Source of the DNA: Leptospira sp.
Lineage (GTDB): Bacteria > Spirochaetota > Leptospiria > Leptospirales > Leptospiraceae
DNA length: 64,000 nucleotides
Reading direction: 5' to 3'
Assembly (NCBI GenBank): GCA_034439575.1
Contig: JAWXAQ010000020.1
Span: 27,237-91,236, forward strand
The first letter of the stretch is position 1. Each line of letters begins with the position of its first letter. Below the pieces are notes generated by a model. The model worked only from the letters and a program-made list of their open reading frames with translations. It was not told where the DNA came from and ran no database searches. Shown here piece after piece: positions 9,734-21,128 of the stretch. The position numbers were made by a program, and so were the translations under genes.

Positions 9734-11512
9734 ATGGAAGATTGTTTAATCCATGGAAATGTTGAGATAATGCTCATCCATGGTGACATTTCTGATCGTA
9801 TCCAAAGATTAGATAGTTTTATCACACTCAGTTCTGATCCTATTTGGTGTTACGAATTGGATGTCCCTATGACTCTCACTCTTTCTGCCGAAGAACAGGC
9901 CAAATATCTCTTTGAACATAGCATCATAAAAGAATGCAATCTGGCGACAGCCAAAATGTACGGATTTGATTCCGTAAATCAAATGATAGACAAATATGTG
10001 AAAGATCTGATTCCTCTAACAGACCTTAGTCCTCTCATTCGTTTTGTTGAATCTGGTTATGAATTAATCAATGAAGAATATATCGAGGTCCTTGAATTTA
10101 ATAAAAAAAGGCATTTTATTCTAACTGTAAAAGGCCAAATAGAAGACAACAAATTCATTCGTTCTTGGGGCCAACAAAAAGATATAACTTTGATTAGAGA
10201 ATCAGAAGAGAAATTAAATGAACTTCTTACCCATTCGAGAATCATCGGCGAAATTTCAAAGTTATTTGTTTGTTCCAGGCCAGAAGAAATAGATAAAACA
10301 GTCATTTCCGCCTTTTCAAAGATAGGTGAATTTCTTAATTCAGATGCAATTTTACTTAGTGAAATCTTAAACGACAAAACACATATGTCAGTTCATTATG
10401 AATGGACTAGGAAAGAGATTCCATCTATTAAAAAAACATACCAAAAACTTCCAGTCATTTCTATGTTACCAGAAGATGTTGGCATATTGGCAAATAAAGG
10501 ATTTTTGATTTATCCTGATATAGAAACACTTCCGAAAGAATCCTGGATTCGAGAGATGTCTGAAGTGAATCAGATTCGTTCACTTATGTTAGTTGGATTG
10601 AAAAATGAAGGAAATTTGATCGGTATTCTCGCATTCGTTAAGTTATATGAAATATTTGATTGGCCAGAATCATCTCAGAATTTAGTGGGATTAGCAGTCG
10701 ATATCATTTCGCAATGCATCTTACGGGCACGGAATGAAATCAATCTCAAAAATAAAGAAAAAGCCTTAAAGGAATATTATTCAGAAATTAAGTCTGATTT
10801 GCAATTGGCAAAATTAACACAAGATGCATGGATCATGCAAGCTTTCCCTAAATACGATACTCTTCAGTTTCATTCTTTTTTTGTACCGATAGGGGATATA
10901 GGTGGTGATTTAATTTTATATAATGTCCCAAAGAGTGATTTCATAGATATCTTGTTTGGTGATATTTCAGGCCATGGTATTTCATCTGCTTTGATATCAG
11001 GCATTATCACCATGACTTTCAAACGCTTATCAGATGAGTTTCATTCTCCCAAAGAATTGCTCCAAAATTTGGAAAAGGAATTATGTTTCTCGATTGATAG
11101 AAATCATTTAAGTTGTTGTTTATTAAGGATTAATATTAAAACTTTAGAAGCTTCTTTTTGTTTTGCCGGTCATCCACCCCTCATCACTTGGAACAAATCA
11201 AACCCTATAAAAACACAACAGATCTTTTCTGCCAATTACCCACTATTACTTGTTAATGATTGGATTGGTCACGAAATCAATTACCAATTTCAGAAAGGGG
11301 ATTCTTTATTTCTTTATTCGGATGGGATTTATGAAATTGAAAAGGAAACGGATGGGTTTTTGGGACTTGACTCTTTTTTGACTTCCTTAAAGTCAAAAAT
11401 TCTAACAAAATCAGGGGATCATTTGATTGCTGATGTAATGAAAGATGCCATTGATGAAAATACAAAACGAATTTATGATGATATCGCTTTATTGTTAATA
11501 GAATTTAGTTAA
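9734..11512 (+). CDS. PAS/GAF-domain PP2C (SpoIIE-like) phosphatase
   Basis: IGGD, GDISGHG, AGHPP, LYSDG, DDIALL motifs. Confidence 0.85.
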   Translation: MEDCLIHGNVEIMLIHGDISDRIQRLDSFITLSSDPIWCYELDVPMTLTLSAEEQAKYLFEHSIIKECNLATAKMYGFDSVNQMIDKYVKDLIPLTDLSPLIRFVESGYELINEEYIEVLEFNKKRHFILTVKGQIEDNKFIRSWGQQKDITLIRESEEKLNELLTHSRIIGEISKLFVCSRPEEIDKTVISAFSKIGEFLNSDAILLSEILNDKTHMSVHYEWTRKEIPSIKKTYQKLPVISMLPEDVGILANKGFLIYPDIETLPKESWIREMSEVNQIRSLMLVGLKNEGNLIGILAFVKLYEIFDWPESSQNLVGLAVDIISQCILRARNEINLKNKEKALKEYYSEIKSDLQLAKLTQDAWIMQAFPKYDTLQFHSFFVPIGDIGGDLILYNVPKSDFIDILFGDISGHGISSALISGIITMTFKRLSDEFHSPKELLQNLEKELCFSIDRNHLSCCLLRINIKTLEASFCFAGHPPLITWNKSNPIKTQQIFSANYPLLLVNDWIGHEINYQFQKGDSLFLYSDGIYEIEKETDGFLGLDSFLTSLKSKILTKSGDHLIADVMKDAIDENTKRIYDDIALLLIEFS

Positions 11513-12264
11513 TTTTGTATATCAGCAAAATCCAATACAGGTTTGTCAGCTTCAGGATATTTTTTTAAATATTCCCCAACTATTTTTTTCTTACCATCTA
11601 ACTTGGCTAAATGGTTTTCTATGATATAACCAAAATCAAGTTTGCCTGTCACAATTTCATATCTTTCTGTTTCAATCGTTCCTAAGTCTAAATCCACAGG
11701 CACTTCATTTGCCGTATCTGCGTATTCCCTTGCTTTTTCCCAATAGGGAAGAGCTTCTTTATAAAAGGCTTCTGCAATTTCAAATGAATTTTTTAATTCA
11801 TGCGCAAAGTCCAAATTATAGAAATACACATGACGTTTGTCATACTGTGATGCGATTCTCATATATGCTCGCATGATTCCGAGATTAATATGCATAAACA
11901 TCAAATTTCTATATTTATAATATCCGATTTCCGTTTTTGTCTCACATAATGCGTGTTTTGGGTGCCTGAATCGTTTGGTGAGTGCAATTTTAAGAAAGTA
12001 AATATCCTTTCTTAATTCATTTTCTTTGTAATGTTGTTTTAAATTATAAAGTTCATAATAGTCTTCTAAAAACTTTGGGTCCCATTTATGAAGTTTATAA
12101 GGAACCCAATCTGAAAATTTTGTATACGGTCCGTTTTTTTCGTATTCATAATTGTAGTCGATATCTGTTTCCCAAGCAAAAAGGGAAAAACAAAAAAGAT
12201 AGGCCAGAATCAGTAATAATTTGTAAGAAATCGAGCGGCCCATAGGATTTCTATCGGCCATCAT
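11509..12264 (-). CDS. Hypothetical secreted protein
   Basis: 251-aa ORF with signal-like N-terminus, downstream of the two-component pair. Confidence 0.7.
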   Translation of the reverse strand: MMADRNPMGRSISYKLLLILAYLFCFSLFAWETDIDYNYEYEKNGPYTKFSDWVPYKLHKWDPKFLEDYYELYNLKQHYKENELRKDIYFLKIALTKRFRHPKHALCETKTEIGYYKYRNLMFMHINLGIMRAYMRIASQYDKRHVYFYNLDFAHELKNSFEIAEAFYKEALPYWEKAREYADTANEVPVDLDLGTIETERYEIVTGKLDFGYIIENHLAKLDGKKKIVGEYLKKYPEADKPVLDFADIQN

Positions 12265-12291
12265 AGCAATTTGATTGAGGCTAATTCGTCC

Positions 12292-12972
12292 TTATATGGC
12301 TTCTAACTTTCCTACCCATTGGTATCCCACACCTCGGACATTGCGAATTGTTTGTTCGCCCAAATGTTCTCGTAATCGGACTATGGCGTTATCTATGGTC
12401 CTTTGTGTCGGAAAGGCATCTTCTCCCACAATTTGGTCAAGGATTTGGTCACGACTAAAAACATGATCTGGGTCAGAGAGCAGGAGTTCTAAAAGTCCAC
12501 AGTCTCTTTTTGACAAAAATATCTGTTCTCCATTGGGTTTTTTCAATGAGTATGAATCTAAATAAATTTCTATCTCGCCCGATTTCCAATTTTTTCCAAA
12601 TGTTTTCATCGAACGATTGATGACTAGTTCCAAACGAATCATCAGTTCTTTTAAATGAAAGGGTTTGGGGATAAATTCATGAGCTCCCAGTTCAAAACCT
12701 TTCAATCTTTCCTGAGCTCCAGCTTGGGCTGTTAAAAATAAAAAGGGAGTCATACTTTGTTTTTCTTTGATAAACTCAGCAACGGAAAATCCATTGCCAT
12801 CAGGCAATCGTAAATCAAGAATCGCCAAATCAGGTTTATGCGCTAGAAATAATGATTTTGCATCAGCACTTGTTTTTGCCCAAATGACTTTATACTTTTC
12901 TTTTTCTAATCTTTCGCGGAGAGTATCCCCTAAGGCCTCGTCGTCTTCAACAAGTAAGATGGTCGGTTTCAT
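12292..12972 (-). CDS. hemR: OmpR-family response regulator, resembles Leptospira HemR
   Basis: LLVEDD, LDLRLPD, FLTAQAGAQERL, winged helix RTIDNAIVRLR..NVRGVGY; similarity to L. biflexa HemR is from memory. Confidence 0.7.
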   Translation of the reverse strand: MKPTILLVEDDEALGDTLRERLEKEKYKVIWAKTSADAKSLFLAHKPDLAILDLRLPDGNGFSVAEFIKEKQSMTPFLFLTAQAGAQERLKGFELGAHEFIPKPFHLKELMIRLELVINRSMKTFGKNWKSGEIEIYLDSYSLKKPNGEQIFLSKRDCGLLELLLSDPDHVFSRDQILDQIVGEDAFPTQRTIDNAIVRLREHLGEQTIRNVRGVGYQWVGKLEAI

Positions 12973-13889
12973 GTGATTTTTAATGATAATATGACGGAAA
13001 ATCCCTTATCAACATTAGGAATTGTTAATTTTCCATTCATCTTGTCCATGAGTTTTTTTGCTATATAAAGTCCGATTCCAGTACCACTCGTTTGCGTATG
13101 TCTTTTAAAAGGTTTAGTGAGTTCTTTTCTTTTTCCATAAAAGCCTTTGCCATTATCACTAACAATCATTGAGAATATAGTATCATCTTCATTTTCGAAA
13201 TGGACTTGGATGTTAGTAGCTTGGCCATGCAAAATAGAATTTTCAAATAAATTTTTGAGAATGGAATCAAGTGCCTTTTTATCACCTTTAACTTTCCCTT
13301 GGAAATTATTTTTTGCAATTTGAACATTGGGATAATCTATTTGTAGACTATCAAATAATTCCTTAGGTGCAAACGGTTCGATATATAATTTTTCACCTTG
13401 CATGAGACTTGCTAAATAGAAAGCTTTATCCATTCTCGATTCGATACGTTTGTTTTCTTTGAGAAGTTTTTTGAATTTCTCAGTAATCGCCGAATTTGGA
13501 TGGTCTTCGAGAAGTGCCTCTACTTGCAATTGAAGGCTTGCCAAGGGTGTTTTCATTTCGTGCGTGACCGTGCTAAAAAAATCAGTAATTAAAAGTGCAC
13601 GTCTATAATCTCTATAAGAAAATGAGGCAAGTGTCACTCCACCAACACCTAACATAAACAAGAAAAAAGTCCCTTCCAATTTCAGCATTCGGTTGACTCT
13701 TTCTAATTCCTTATGACTTTCTTTATTAGTAGAAATCTCGGCTATGGTTCGTGCCTGCCTAAGTCCCAAAACCCACCACCATATCCCCAAAGAGAGGGTG
13801 AGAGTGAGCCAAGAAACAGCAAATATCATTCTAAATCTAGCAGATCCTTTCAATCGTTTTCGCTCCCCATACCAAAAAGAAGTTGTCAT
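12969..13889 (-). CDS. Membrane sensor histidine kinase, cognate of the HemR-like regulator
   Basis: Two TM segments, THEMKTP H-box, DNGKG and GTGIGL boxes; start placed at ATG 13889 to avoid overlap with fbaB. Confidence 0.85.
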   Translation of the reverse strand: MTTSFWYGERKRLKGSARFRMIFAVSWLTLTLSLGIWWWVLGLRQARTIAEISTNKESHKELERVNRMLKLEGTFFLFMLGVGGVTLASFSYRDYRRALLITDFFSTVTHEMKTPLASLQLQVEALLEDHPNSAITEKFKKLLKENKRIESRMDKAFYLASLMQGEKLYIEPFAPKELFDSLQIDYPNVQIAKNNFQGKVKGDKKALDSILKNLFENSILHGQATNIQVHFENEDDTIFSMIVSDNGKGFYGKRKELTKPFKRHTQTSGTGIGLYIAKKLMDKMNGKLTIPNVDKGFSVILSLKIT

Positions 13890-13931
13890 CTTCGCTTTGC
13901 CAGATATTTTACAAAGGCAAGGAGTAACACT

Positions 13932-14996
13932 TTGAACTTCGATCAAATTTCGAACCAACTTGGAAAAGACGCAGAATACCTTTTAGGATTCAATAAACCA
14001 AAAATTGCCAAAGAATTATTGCATGTCCCGGGAAATGACTGGGTAGATAGAATTTTTTCTCAAACAGACAGATCGATACCTGTCTTACGTAGCATCCAAT
14101 CGCTTCTCTCTCACGGTAGACTTAGGGATTCTGGATATTTGTCCATCCTTCCTGTTGACCAAGGGATTGAACATTCAGCAGGTGCATCTTTTGCTAAAAA
14201 TCCGATTTATTTTGATGGGGAAAACATCATAAAATTGGCGATGGAAGGTGGTTGCAATGCGGTTGCGACAACACTTGGCGTTCTAGGTTCTGTTGCCAGA
14301 AAGTACGCTCATAAAATTCCATTTATTTTAAAAATCAATCACAATGAACTTCTCACGTATCCAAACAAAAGTGAACAAATTCTTTTTGCGACCGTAAAAC
14401 AAGCGCATGACCAAGGTTGTGTGGCAATCGGTGCGACGATTTATTTTGGTTCAGATGATTCCGGCAGAGAAATCGTAGAAATTTCAAAGATATTTGATAT
14501 GGCGCACCAACTCGGAATGGCTACCATTCTTTGGTGTTATGTGCGAAATTCTGCTTTCAAAAAAGATAAAGATTATCATGTTTCTGCTGATTTAACAGGT
14601 CAAGCAAACCATTTAGGTGTGACTATCCAAGCAGATATCATCAAACAAAAGTTACCTGAGAATAACGGCGGTTATAATGTATTAAACCAAGAGTCAAGTT
14701 ATGGAAAAACAGATAAGCGTATCTATACCGATTTGACTTCTGATCACCCGATTGACCTCACTCGTTACCAAGTCGCAAATTGTTATATGGGCCGGGCAGG
14801 ACTTATCAACTCTGGTGGTGCTTCTGGTGAAAACGATTTGCAAGACGCATTAAAAACGGCGGTCATCAATAAGCGAGCTGGTGGTATGGGTCTTATTTCT
14901 GGAAGGAAAGCGTTCCAAAAACCAATGAAAGATGGAGTAGAGCTTTTACAAGCCATACAAGATGTTTATTTGGCAAAAGAGATCACAGTAGCGTAA
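13932..14996 (+). CDS. fbaB: Class I fructose-bisphosphate aldolase (DhnA/FbaB type)
   Basis: [36 protein letters not shown] start at 13932 after an AAGGAG RBS. Confidence 0.92.
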   Translation: MNFDQISNQLGKDAEYLLGFNKPKIAKELLHVPGNDWVDRIFSQTDRSIPVLRSIQSLLSHGRLRDSGYLSILPVDQGIEHSAGASFAKNPIYFDGENIIKLAMEGGCNAVATTLGVLGSVARKYAHKIPFILKINHNELLTYPNKSEQILFATVKQAHDQGCVAIGATIYFGSDDSGREIVEISKIFDMAHQLGMATILWCYVRNSAFKKDKDYHVSADLTGQANHLGVTIQADIIKQKLPENNGGYNVLNQESSYGKTDKRIYTDLTSDHPIDLTRYQVANCYMGRAGLINSGGASGENDLQDALKTAVINKRAGGMGLISGRKAFQKPMKDGVELLQAIQDVYLAKEITVA

Positions 14997-15001
14997 GCTA
15001 A

Positions 15002-16735
15002 TTGGTTCGCCATCACCCAATATTAAAACGAAGGGCAGGGGTACTCGTACCTCTCTCTTCTATTTTAACAAAAAATTCCTTTGAATGCGGTGATATAGCA
15101 AGCCTTGTACCACTTGCTCACTTTGCTAAAGAAGCAGGCTTTTCCCTCCTTCAACTTCTTCCATTAAACGATACAGGTATTGATACTTCGCCTTACAGTG
15201 CAATATCGGCATTTGCGATTGATCCGATTTATATTTCTCTGCATGCTCTCGGTGTGCAGATCACATCTCGTAGAGAAAAAATTGCGAGCCAAAGGATCAA
15301 TCATTTCCGTATCCGCGAATTAAAATTAATCGAGATACGTAAAATTTTTGAATCAGATAAAACAAAAAATACAAATACCGCTCTACAATTTTTATCAAAT
15401 TTTCCTTGGGCATACGGATACTCCGCCTTTCGGGTATTATATGATGATTATAAAGGAGCAGAGTGGTCCACTTGGAATAAAAACCATAAAGAAGCATCCA
15501 AAGCGAAAGAAGAAATCTTTAATACCAGAAAAGATGAAGCATTATTTTATGCATTTGTACAGTCAATCGCCTTTGAACAGTTAAAGAAAGCAAAAGAAGA
15601 ATTAGAGTTAATCGGTGTATATTTAAAAGGGGATATGCCCATTCTCACCTCAAGAAATTCTGCCGATGTTTGGGAATACCCAGAATACTTTCAATTGGAT
15701 TTGCAAGCTGGGGCTCCGCCTGATGCTTTTTCAGATGATGGGCAAAATTGGGGTTTTCCCATTTTAAATTGGCCAAATTTGCGTCAAACGGATTTTAGGT
15801 GGTGGCGAGAAAGGCTCGAATACTTAGAAAACTTTTTTCATTTGTTTCGAATTGATCATGTGATCGGTATGTATCGAATTTGGGCCATTCCCGTTGCCGA
15901 AAAAACTGCAAGAAAAGGTTGGTTTTCTCCGCAAATCGGAACATCAAAAGAACAATTTGACGAAGTGAATTTAAATCCAGAAGACTTTGTGAAATTGGAT
16001 TTGATCCATGAATTTAGAAAGGATCATTATATTTTTTATTGGGATTTTTGGAAAAATGAATCATATCAAAATTTACCCGAGGAAATCAAAAGAGTCTTTT
16101 TTCCGTTAAGCGAACACAATTTAAAGTTAGATGAGATTACATGGAATGAAGCGGGGGAGGAAATTCTCGATGCGATGGATCGATTCTCGAGAATGATTCC
16201 TTGTGCGGAAGATTTAGGTGCTGTGCCTAGTTTTATTCGTGATTCTTTGAAAAGAAGGGATATGCTCGGTATTGATGTGGTTCGTTGGACAAGGTCACTT
16301 GAGAACGGCGAATACATTCCGTCCAAAGGTTATCGTGAAACAGCGATTAGTGTTCTTTCAACACACGATACTTCACTTGTTTTTGAATGGTGGAATTCTT
16401 TACAAGGGCAGGAAAAGGAATATGCTGAAAACTTTTTCTTTGCTAATACTGACGAAGAAAGTTTTCCAAAAACAAATGAAGAAATTGCATTGGGTCTTTT
16501 AGAGTTTGCCTTTTCCACAAATAGTCTTTTTTCCATACAAATACTCCAAGACCTTTTGTACAAAGATGAATATGGCATCACAAAAGACCCGAGCGCCCAC
16601 CGTGTCAATATTCCAGGGACGGAAGCGGAAACCAATTGGTCTTATCGATTTTCAATGACCATAGAAGATTTAATCTCAGACAAAGAACTCATTCATAATT
16701 TACGAAAATTGATCACACAGGCTGATAGAATCTAA
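15002..16735 (+). CDS. malQ: 4-alpha-glucanotransferase (GH77)
   Basis: QLLPLND, SPYS, GAPPDAF, GQNWGFP, RIDH, AEDLG, THD motifs. Confidence 0.92.
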   Translation: MVRHHPILKRRAGVLVPLSSILTKNSFECGDIASLVPLAHFAKEAGFSLLQLLPLNDTGIDTSPYSAISAFAIDPIYISLHALGVQITSRREKIASQRINHFRIRELKLIEIRKIFESDKTKNTNTALQFLSNFPWAYGYSAFRVLYDDYKGAEWSTWNKNHKEASKAKEEIFNTRKDEALFYAFVQSIAFEQLKKAKEELELIGVYLKGDMPILTSRNSADVWEYPEYFQLDLQAGAPPDAFSDDGQNWGFPILNWPNLRQTDFRWWRERLEYLENFFHLFRIDHVIGMYRIWAIPVAEKTARKGWFSPQIGTSKEQFDEVNLNPEDFVKLDLIHEFRKDHYIFYWDFWKNESYQNLPEEIKRVFFPLSEHNLKLDEITWNEAGEEILDAMDRFSRMIPCAEDLGAVPSFIRDSLKRRDMLGIDVVRWTRSLENGEYIPSKGYRETAISVLSTHDTSLVFEWWNSLQGQEKEYAENFFFANTDEESFPKTNEEIALGLLEFAFSTNSLFSIQILQDLLYKDEYGITKDPSAHRVNIPGTEAETNWSYRFSMTIEDLISDKELIHNLRKLITQADRI

Positions 16736-16816
16736 TTTTTTTCACTTTTAGCAGAAACATACAAGTCAAGATCTCAATTCTTTGCTAGAATCATTCTTAC
16801 ATTAGGAGTGATATTT

Positions 16817-17359
16817 ATGAGATTCGCAAGAGAGATGGCTTTTTATTCCGCTTACCACCAAGAAAAAAGAAATGTTTGGGTTCATATGATTGGAGTTCCA
16901 ATGATTAGTTTCACATTATTTTTGGTTCTAAGTCGCTTTTCCTTATTTGAAGTCAGCGGATATTCCGTAACTGCTTCTGCTATTTTTGTTGTAACGGTCT
17001 TAGCTTATTACTTTACTCTTGATATCATTTTTGCCCTAACGGCGACGATACTATTCGGTGGTTTATATGTTACGGCGGAATATTTAACAGCCACAATGTC
17101 ACCAAGTATGGCTTGGTCTCTTTTTGGTCTCGGCCAAATTGTAGGATGGGGAAGTCAATTTTACGGTCACTTTATCTTTGAAAAAAGTAGACCTGCACTA
17201 TTTGATAATTTATTCCAAGCTCTTGTTTCTGCTCCCTTATTTGTAGTAGCCGACGCCTATTTTGAGTTAGGCTTTAGAAAAGAATTAAAAGTCGCTGTTC
17301 AAAATGAATTGAAAGCAAAAGGTGTATGGAAAGATTTTTCTGCGCTTAAGCAAGCTTAG
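16817..17359 (+). CDS. DUF962/Mpo1-like membrane protein
   Basis: YSAYH..N..H..GVP, QFYGHFIFEKSRPA motifs, multiple TMs. Confidence 0.8.
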   Translation: MRFAREMAFYSAYHQEKRNVWVHMIGVPMISFTLFLVLSRFSLFEVSGYSVTASAIFVVTVLAYYFTLDIIFALTATILFGGLYVTAEYLTATMSPSMAWSLFGLGQIVGWGSQFYGHFIFEKSRPALFDNLFQALVSAPLFVVADAYFELGFRKELKVAVQNELKAKGVWKDFSALKQA

Positions 17360-18146
17360 CTTGTAAATTACAAAAACAAACTTTAAAATGTTCGGAATGT
17401 CCTAGAAATTTCGAGGGAGGGACACCAAACATTTTGCGAAATGTTTTACTTAAGTGGGATTGATCTGCGAATCCGGCGGCATGCGATGCCTCGGTGAGAT
17501 TAGTCCCCTTTTGTAATAAATTAGCTGCGATATGAAGGCGACGCCAAAGCAAATATTGGCGCAAAGGAATTCCAAATTCCTCTTTGAACCAATGCATAAA
17601 CCTGTCCTCTGAAATTCCGATTCGTTTGGAGAGCGATGATACAGAAATGGATTCTGGTAATGTGGATTCGATTAAGTTTAAAACATTTTCCATTCTTTGG
17701 TCTAAAGGATTCTGACGTATGGGTTCCCCACCCAAACAGTTTAAAATTTTATAATATAGCTCAAGAGCAGATTCGCAGTTTAGATTTCCTGCGAGGATTG
17801 ACTTCAAATTTGGCATTATCAATTGAATCAATTCCCACTTAAATTCTGTTGGTTCATATTTAGCACATTTTTGTTTGAAGGAATCAAAATCAGAACTTTT
17901 GGGATCAAATTGCAAAACGATCATTTCGGAAGTTTCGGCACTAAGAGTATGGAAATAATTCGGTGGAATCAGTGTTACCATATGTTCCGTCGTAATTCCG
18001 TTTTTATGAGTTAGTTGAAATGGCACATCCAGAGAAATTAATACAGAGACTGCATAATGAGAATGTGCATCTGTGTTTAAGCCCTTAGTGGCTAGTAAAA
18101 TTCGTCCGCCAAAATAAAAAAGACTTCCATTGTTTTTGGAAACCAT
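17346..18146 (-). CDS. AraC-family transcriptional regulator
   Basis: C-terminal AAGFADQSHLSKTFRKMFG HTH. Confidence 0.9.
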   Translation of the reverse strand: MVSKNNGSLFYFGGRILLATKGLNTDAHSHYAVSVLISLDVPFQLTHKNGITTEHMVTLIPPNYFHTLSAETSEMIVLQFDPKSSDFDSFKQKCAKYEPTEFKWELIQLIMPNLKSILAGNLNCESALELYYKILNCLGGEPIRQNPLDQRMENVLNLIESTLPESISVSSLSKRIGISEDRFMHWFKEEFGIPLRQYLLWRRLHIAANLLQKGTNLTEASHAAGFADQSHLSKTFRKMFGVPPSKFLGHSEHFKVCFCNLQAKLA

Positions 18147-18196
18147 TCAGCTACCTTATTGTAATTTTAGAAAAAGGCAAGGAATATCTTTTTATT

Positions 18197-19945
18197 ATGA
18201 AAATACTGCGTTTCATTTACATACAATTTTTGATCCTGATTTCTTTTACCTCTACTTTTTCCAATGAAGATAAAGCTCTTGATTGGAAAGACATTTCTCC
18301 TGAATACAATTGGCAAGGAATCAAAAACTGGGATTCTAATTTCAAAGTAGAATTATTTGAGTCCACATTACTTTACAATGATCATCTTTATTACCAATGT
18401 GCAGATCAGGATAAAAAGATTCAAATTTGCATATATGATATGAAATCGGGAACCAGTAGTGCTAAATCTTGGGAGAGGGGTAAAATTCTTGGTTGGACTG
18501 TCGGCAGATACGAAATTTATTTCCAAACCTTTAAAAAACTCTGGATCATTGATCCTTCTAATTTTTCTATAAAGGGCGAAATTCCTTTAGAAGACAGCCT
18601 TAAATCTTGGCATGATATCGTATTGTTAAATGGGAATTTGTTTTCAAGACAAGGAAAAACATTAGTTACGTATGATTTTCAAACAGGCAAAAAAAAATCT
18701 GAATTCAACCTTCCTTTTGAAAAGGTGCAAGGTATGTTAGAGTGGGGTGAAACCAAACTCGCTTTTACATCTTCTTTTTGGGGGAATAAAATAAAATTTT
18801 TGAATGTAAATACCTTGGAAGCTGAAGGGGAAACAAGTATTCCCGTAAACCATCGGTCTATGTTTAAAATGCAGAAACAAAATTCAGGTAAAGTGATCAT
18901 TGCAGATCCATTAACCGGCATTGGTGCTGAGTTTATATTATTTAATGAGCGTTATACTCAAATATCAGAAGGAATGCAAATGGCGGAAAAAGGAAAAGCA
19001 CTTCGTCATTCACCAATTCAGGATTTTATAGAATATAAATTTAGTATGACTGCGAAAGAAGATGTAGAGGCAAGTATTGTTAATTTTGTTTTGCCAAAAA
19101 AGAATTCGTATGCCCAAGTTTTATCGGATGAAGAATATTCGAAAGCATCTAGTATCATATTAGATCGTTTTGAAAATAGAATTTTACAATTGGAAGTGCC
19201 TGCTTTAAAAAAAGGTGAAGTTTTTGAACATACACCTTACAGAACTAAGATGACTCGATATAAAATTCAATTTAATTTGAATGAGATTTTATATGATGAA
19301 TCCAATTTCAAATACCCTATGGCCCTTAGTGATTATGTAGAAGATTATCCTATGTTAAATTACAATCATCCCTCAATCACTATGAAAAAAGAAGAGATAT
19401 TAGAAAACGATACATCCATTGTAGGAATCTTAAAAAGAACTCAAAAGTATGTAGCCTCTATCCCATATAAATCGGGCAAATTTGAAGCGGCACCCAAAGT
19501 TGTTGAAAAAAACAATGGAGGTTGCACCGAACACTCGTATGTGACCATGTCATTTTTACGGAGTAAGGGAATCCCCGCACGTTTGGTCTGGAATTACCTG
19601 CCAACAGAATCTTCCTCAGAAATCGTATTTAATCATAAGTTTGTGGAAGTTTGGACATCCGAATTTGCTTGGATACCTATGGAACCATTGGCACCACCAA
19701 ATTCGATTCCTGGTTCAACCAATGCTCGTCATGTGGTATTTGCCGCACTTAGGAAAACCGATTTAGCCGCGATCGCAGGTGGCGACCGTTTGTACCAATT
19801 GGCCAAGGAACACTTAGCGAAGGGAAAAAAAGTAACACTCAAATTAAATATAATGAAATCAGGGAAAGAAGATGAATTGGAAACAAATCAAATTCAGATC
19901 AGATCCATGCCAGCTAAGATTGGCGAAGAAATGGTCGTGCCATAG
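18197..19945 (+). CDS. Secreted transglutaminase-like domain protein
   Basis: Signal peptide; GGCTEHS, GIPARLV, HKFVEVW, WIPMEP. Confidence 0.8.
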   Translation: MKILRFIYIQFLILISFTSTFSNEDKALDWKDISPEYNWQGIKNWDSNFKVELFESTLLYNDHLYYQCADQDKKIQICIYDMKSGTSSAKSWERGKILGWTVGRYEIYFQTFKKLWIIDPSNFSIKGEIPLEDSLKSWHDIVLLNGNLFSRQGKTLVTYDFQTGKKKSEFNLPFEKVQGMLEWGETKLAFTSSFWGNKIKFLNVNTLEAEGETSIPVNHRSMFKMQKQNSGKVIIADPLTGIGAEFILFNERYTQISEGMQMAEKGKALRHSPIQDFIEYKFSMTAKEDVEASIVNFVLPKKNSYAQVLSDEEYSKASSIILDRFENRILQLEVPALKKGEVFEHTPYRTKMTRYKIQFNLNEILYDESNFKYPMALSDYVEDYPMLNYNHPSITMKKEEILENDTSIVGILKRTQKYVASIPYKSGKFEAAPKVVEKNNGGCTEHSYVTMSFLRSKGIPARLVWNYLPTESSSEIVFNHKFVEVWTSEFAWIPMEPLAPPNSIPGSTNARHVVFAALRKTDLAAIAGGDRLYQLAKEHLAKGKKVTLKLNIMKSGKEDELETNQIQIRSMPAKIGEEMVVP

Positions 19946-20018
19946 TTCCCATTCTGTTTGATTGAGATTTTGTCGATCATTGATATTGAGAGCAACTAAC
20001 AGTTGTTGAATTATGGGA

Positions 20019-21128
20019 TTATTGACGAAGGACCCAATTTTCACCGTTGTATTCACCAGATCTACGAATGAATAATCTTTTTTCCACACTGATACCAAGG
20101 ATGACTTGGTAGATATCAGCAAGGATAGGGCGTGAAGAATAATAACCATGCCCGAGTCCCCCTACACCTAGCACTGGATTATCGACTTCATTCACATTGA
20201 TCACGTCGATTCCATCAAATTTAAAACACATACCTGCTCTTGGTCCACCATTTACCTTTTGTGAGGCGACAAGAGCATTGTCTCCCGGTGAACAATAAAG
20301 CGTAATACGTCCTGAAATTTCTCTAAGTGATGGGGCAATTTTTTTGAATTCTTCTTTATCGAAGTCAGGAGCGTTTAAAATCAATTGATCAATTAACTTT
20401 TTTTTACCAGAGTTTGCTTCTTTTGTGAGTGCAGGCAAAACTACTTGGTGGCCCATACTATGCACGATTAGGTGGACTTTTTTCTTTGTAGCTTCTAATT
20501 TGTTTAAGAACTTTCCAAATGGTTCACGGTTAAGTTTTGCTTCTGAAAAATTTGATTCATAAACTGATTTGACCATAAGAGAGTTGAGAACACCTGCTTC
20601 AGATCCAGCAGGCCAAGAATACACAATCACTTCACCAGGAAATTTTAAATCATAACGAATTTGACCTGCTCGGATGACTGCCTCGTCAAAATTCACATTA
20701 AAACCATGAACAAAAACTAAAACTTCTTCGAAAGGATGAGCTTTGATCTTATTGAAAAAATCCTCTTCTGATTTATCTGCTTTGCCGAGTAATTGAAAAA
20801 ATTGATTTTTGTCTTGGTTGTTATTCCAGGTAATATCACCTATTATATGTTTAGCGGGGATATTGACAAAACATTCTCCAAAATGTAAATTGATGTCTGT
20901 TAAAAAACCATAATAATCAGAATCGCAATTTGGATTGGCACTTTTATTTTCTCTTCTGGAAGTGATGAAATTGACTGCCATGGTTTTGGTATCATCAAAG
21001 TTTTCTTGGATTCGTTTGTTGATGAGTTCTCCAGGAGTCGGCGGAGCTGGACAATGATTAAGAAAAATAAGACAACCAATAAAAATGGAACGTTTCATGT
21101 TTTGGAAAAAAGAGTGAGAACCTTTCAT
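20019..21128 (-). CDS. Alpha/beta hydrolase (DUF900-like), probable lipoprotein
   Basis: VFVHGFN, YSWP, HSMG, LNAPD, HGYY; lipobox-like LNHC. Confidence 0.8.
   Translation of the reverse strand: MKGSHSFFQNMKRSIFIGCLIFLNHCPAPPTPGELINKRIQENFDDTKTMAVNFITSRRENKSANPNCDSDYYGFLTDINLHFGECFVNIPAKHIIGDITWNNNQDKNQFFQLLGKADKSEEDFFNKIKAHPFEEVLVFVHGFNVNFDEAVIRAGQIRYDLKFPGEVIVYSWPAGSEAGVLNSLMVKSVYESNFSEAKLNREPFGKFLNKLEATKKKVHLIVHSMGHQVVLPALTKEANSGKKKLIDQLILNAPDFDKEEFKKIAPSLREISGRITLYCSPGDNALVASQKVNGGPRAGMCFKFDGIDVINVNEVDNPVLGVGGLGHGYYSSRPILADIYQVILGISVEKRLFIRRSGEYNGENWVLRQ

Noticed and set aside
13713-13931. N-terminal extension of the aldolase ORF in the track
   Set aside because: Overlaps the kinase gene on the other strand; a TTG at 13932 with AAGGAG gives a normal-length FbaB
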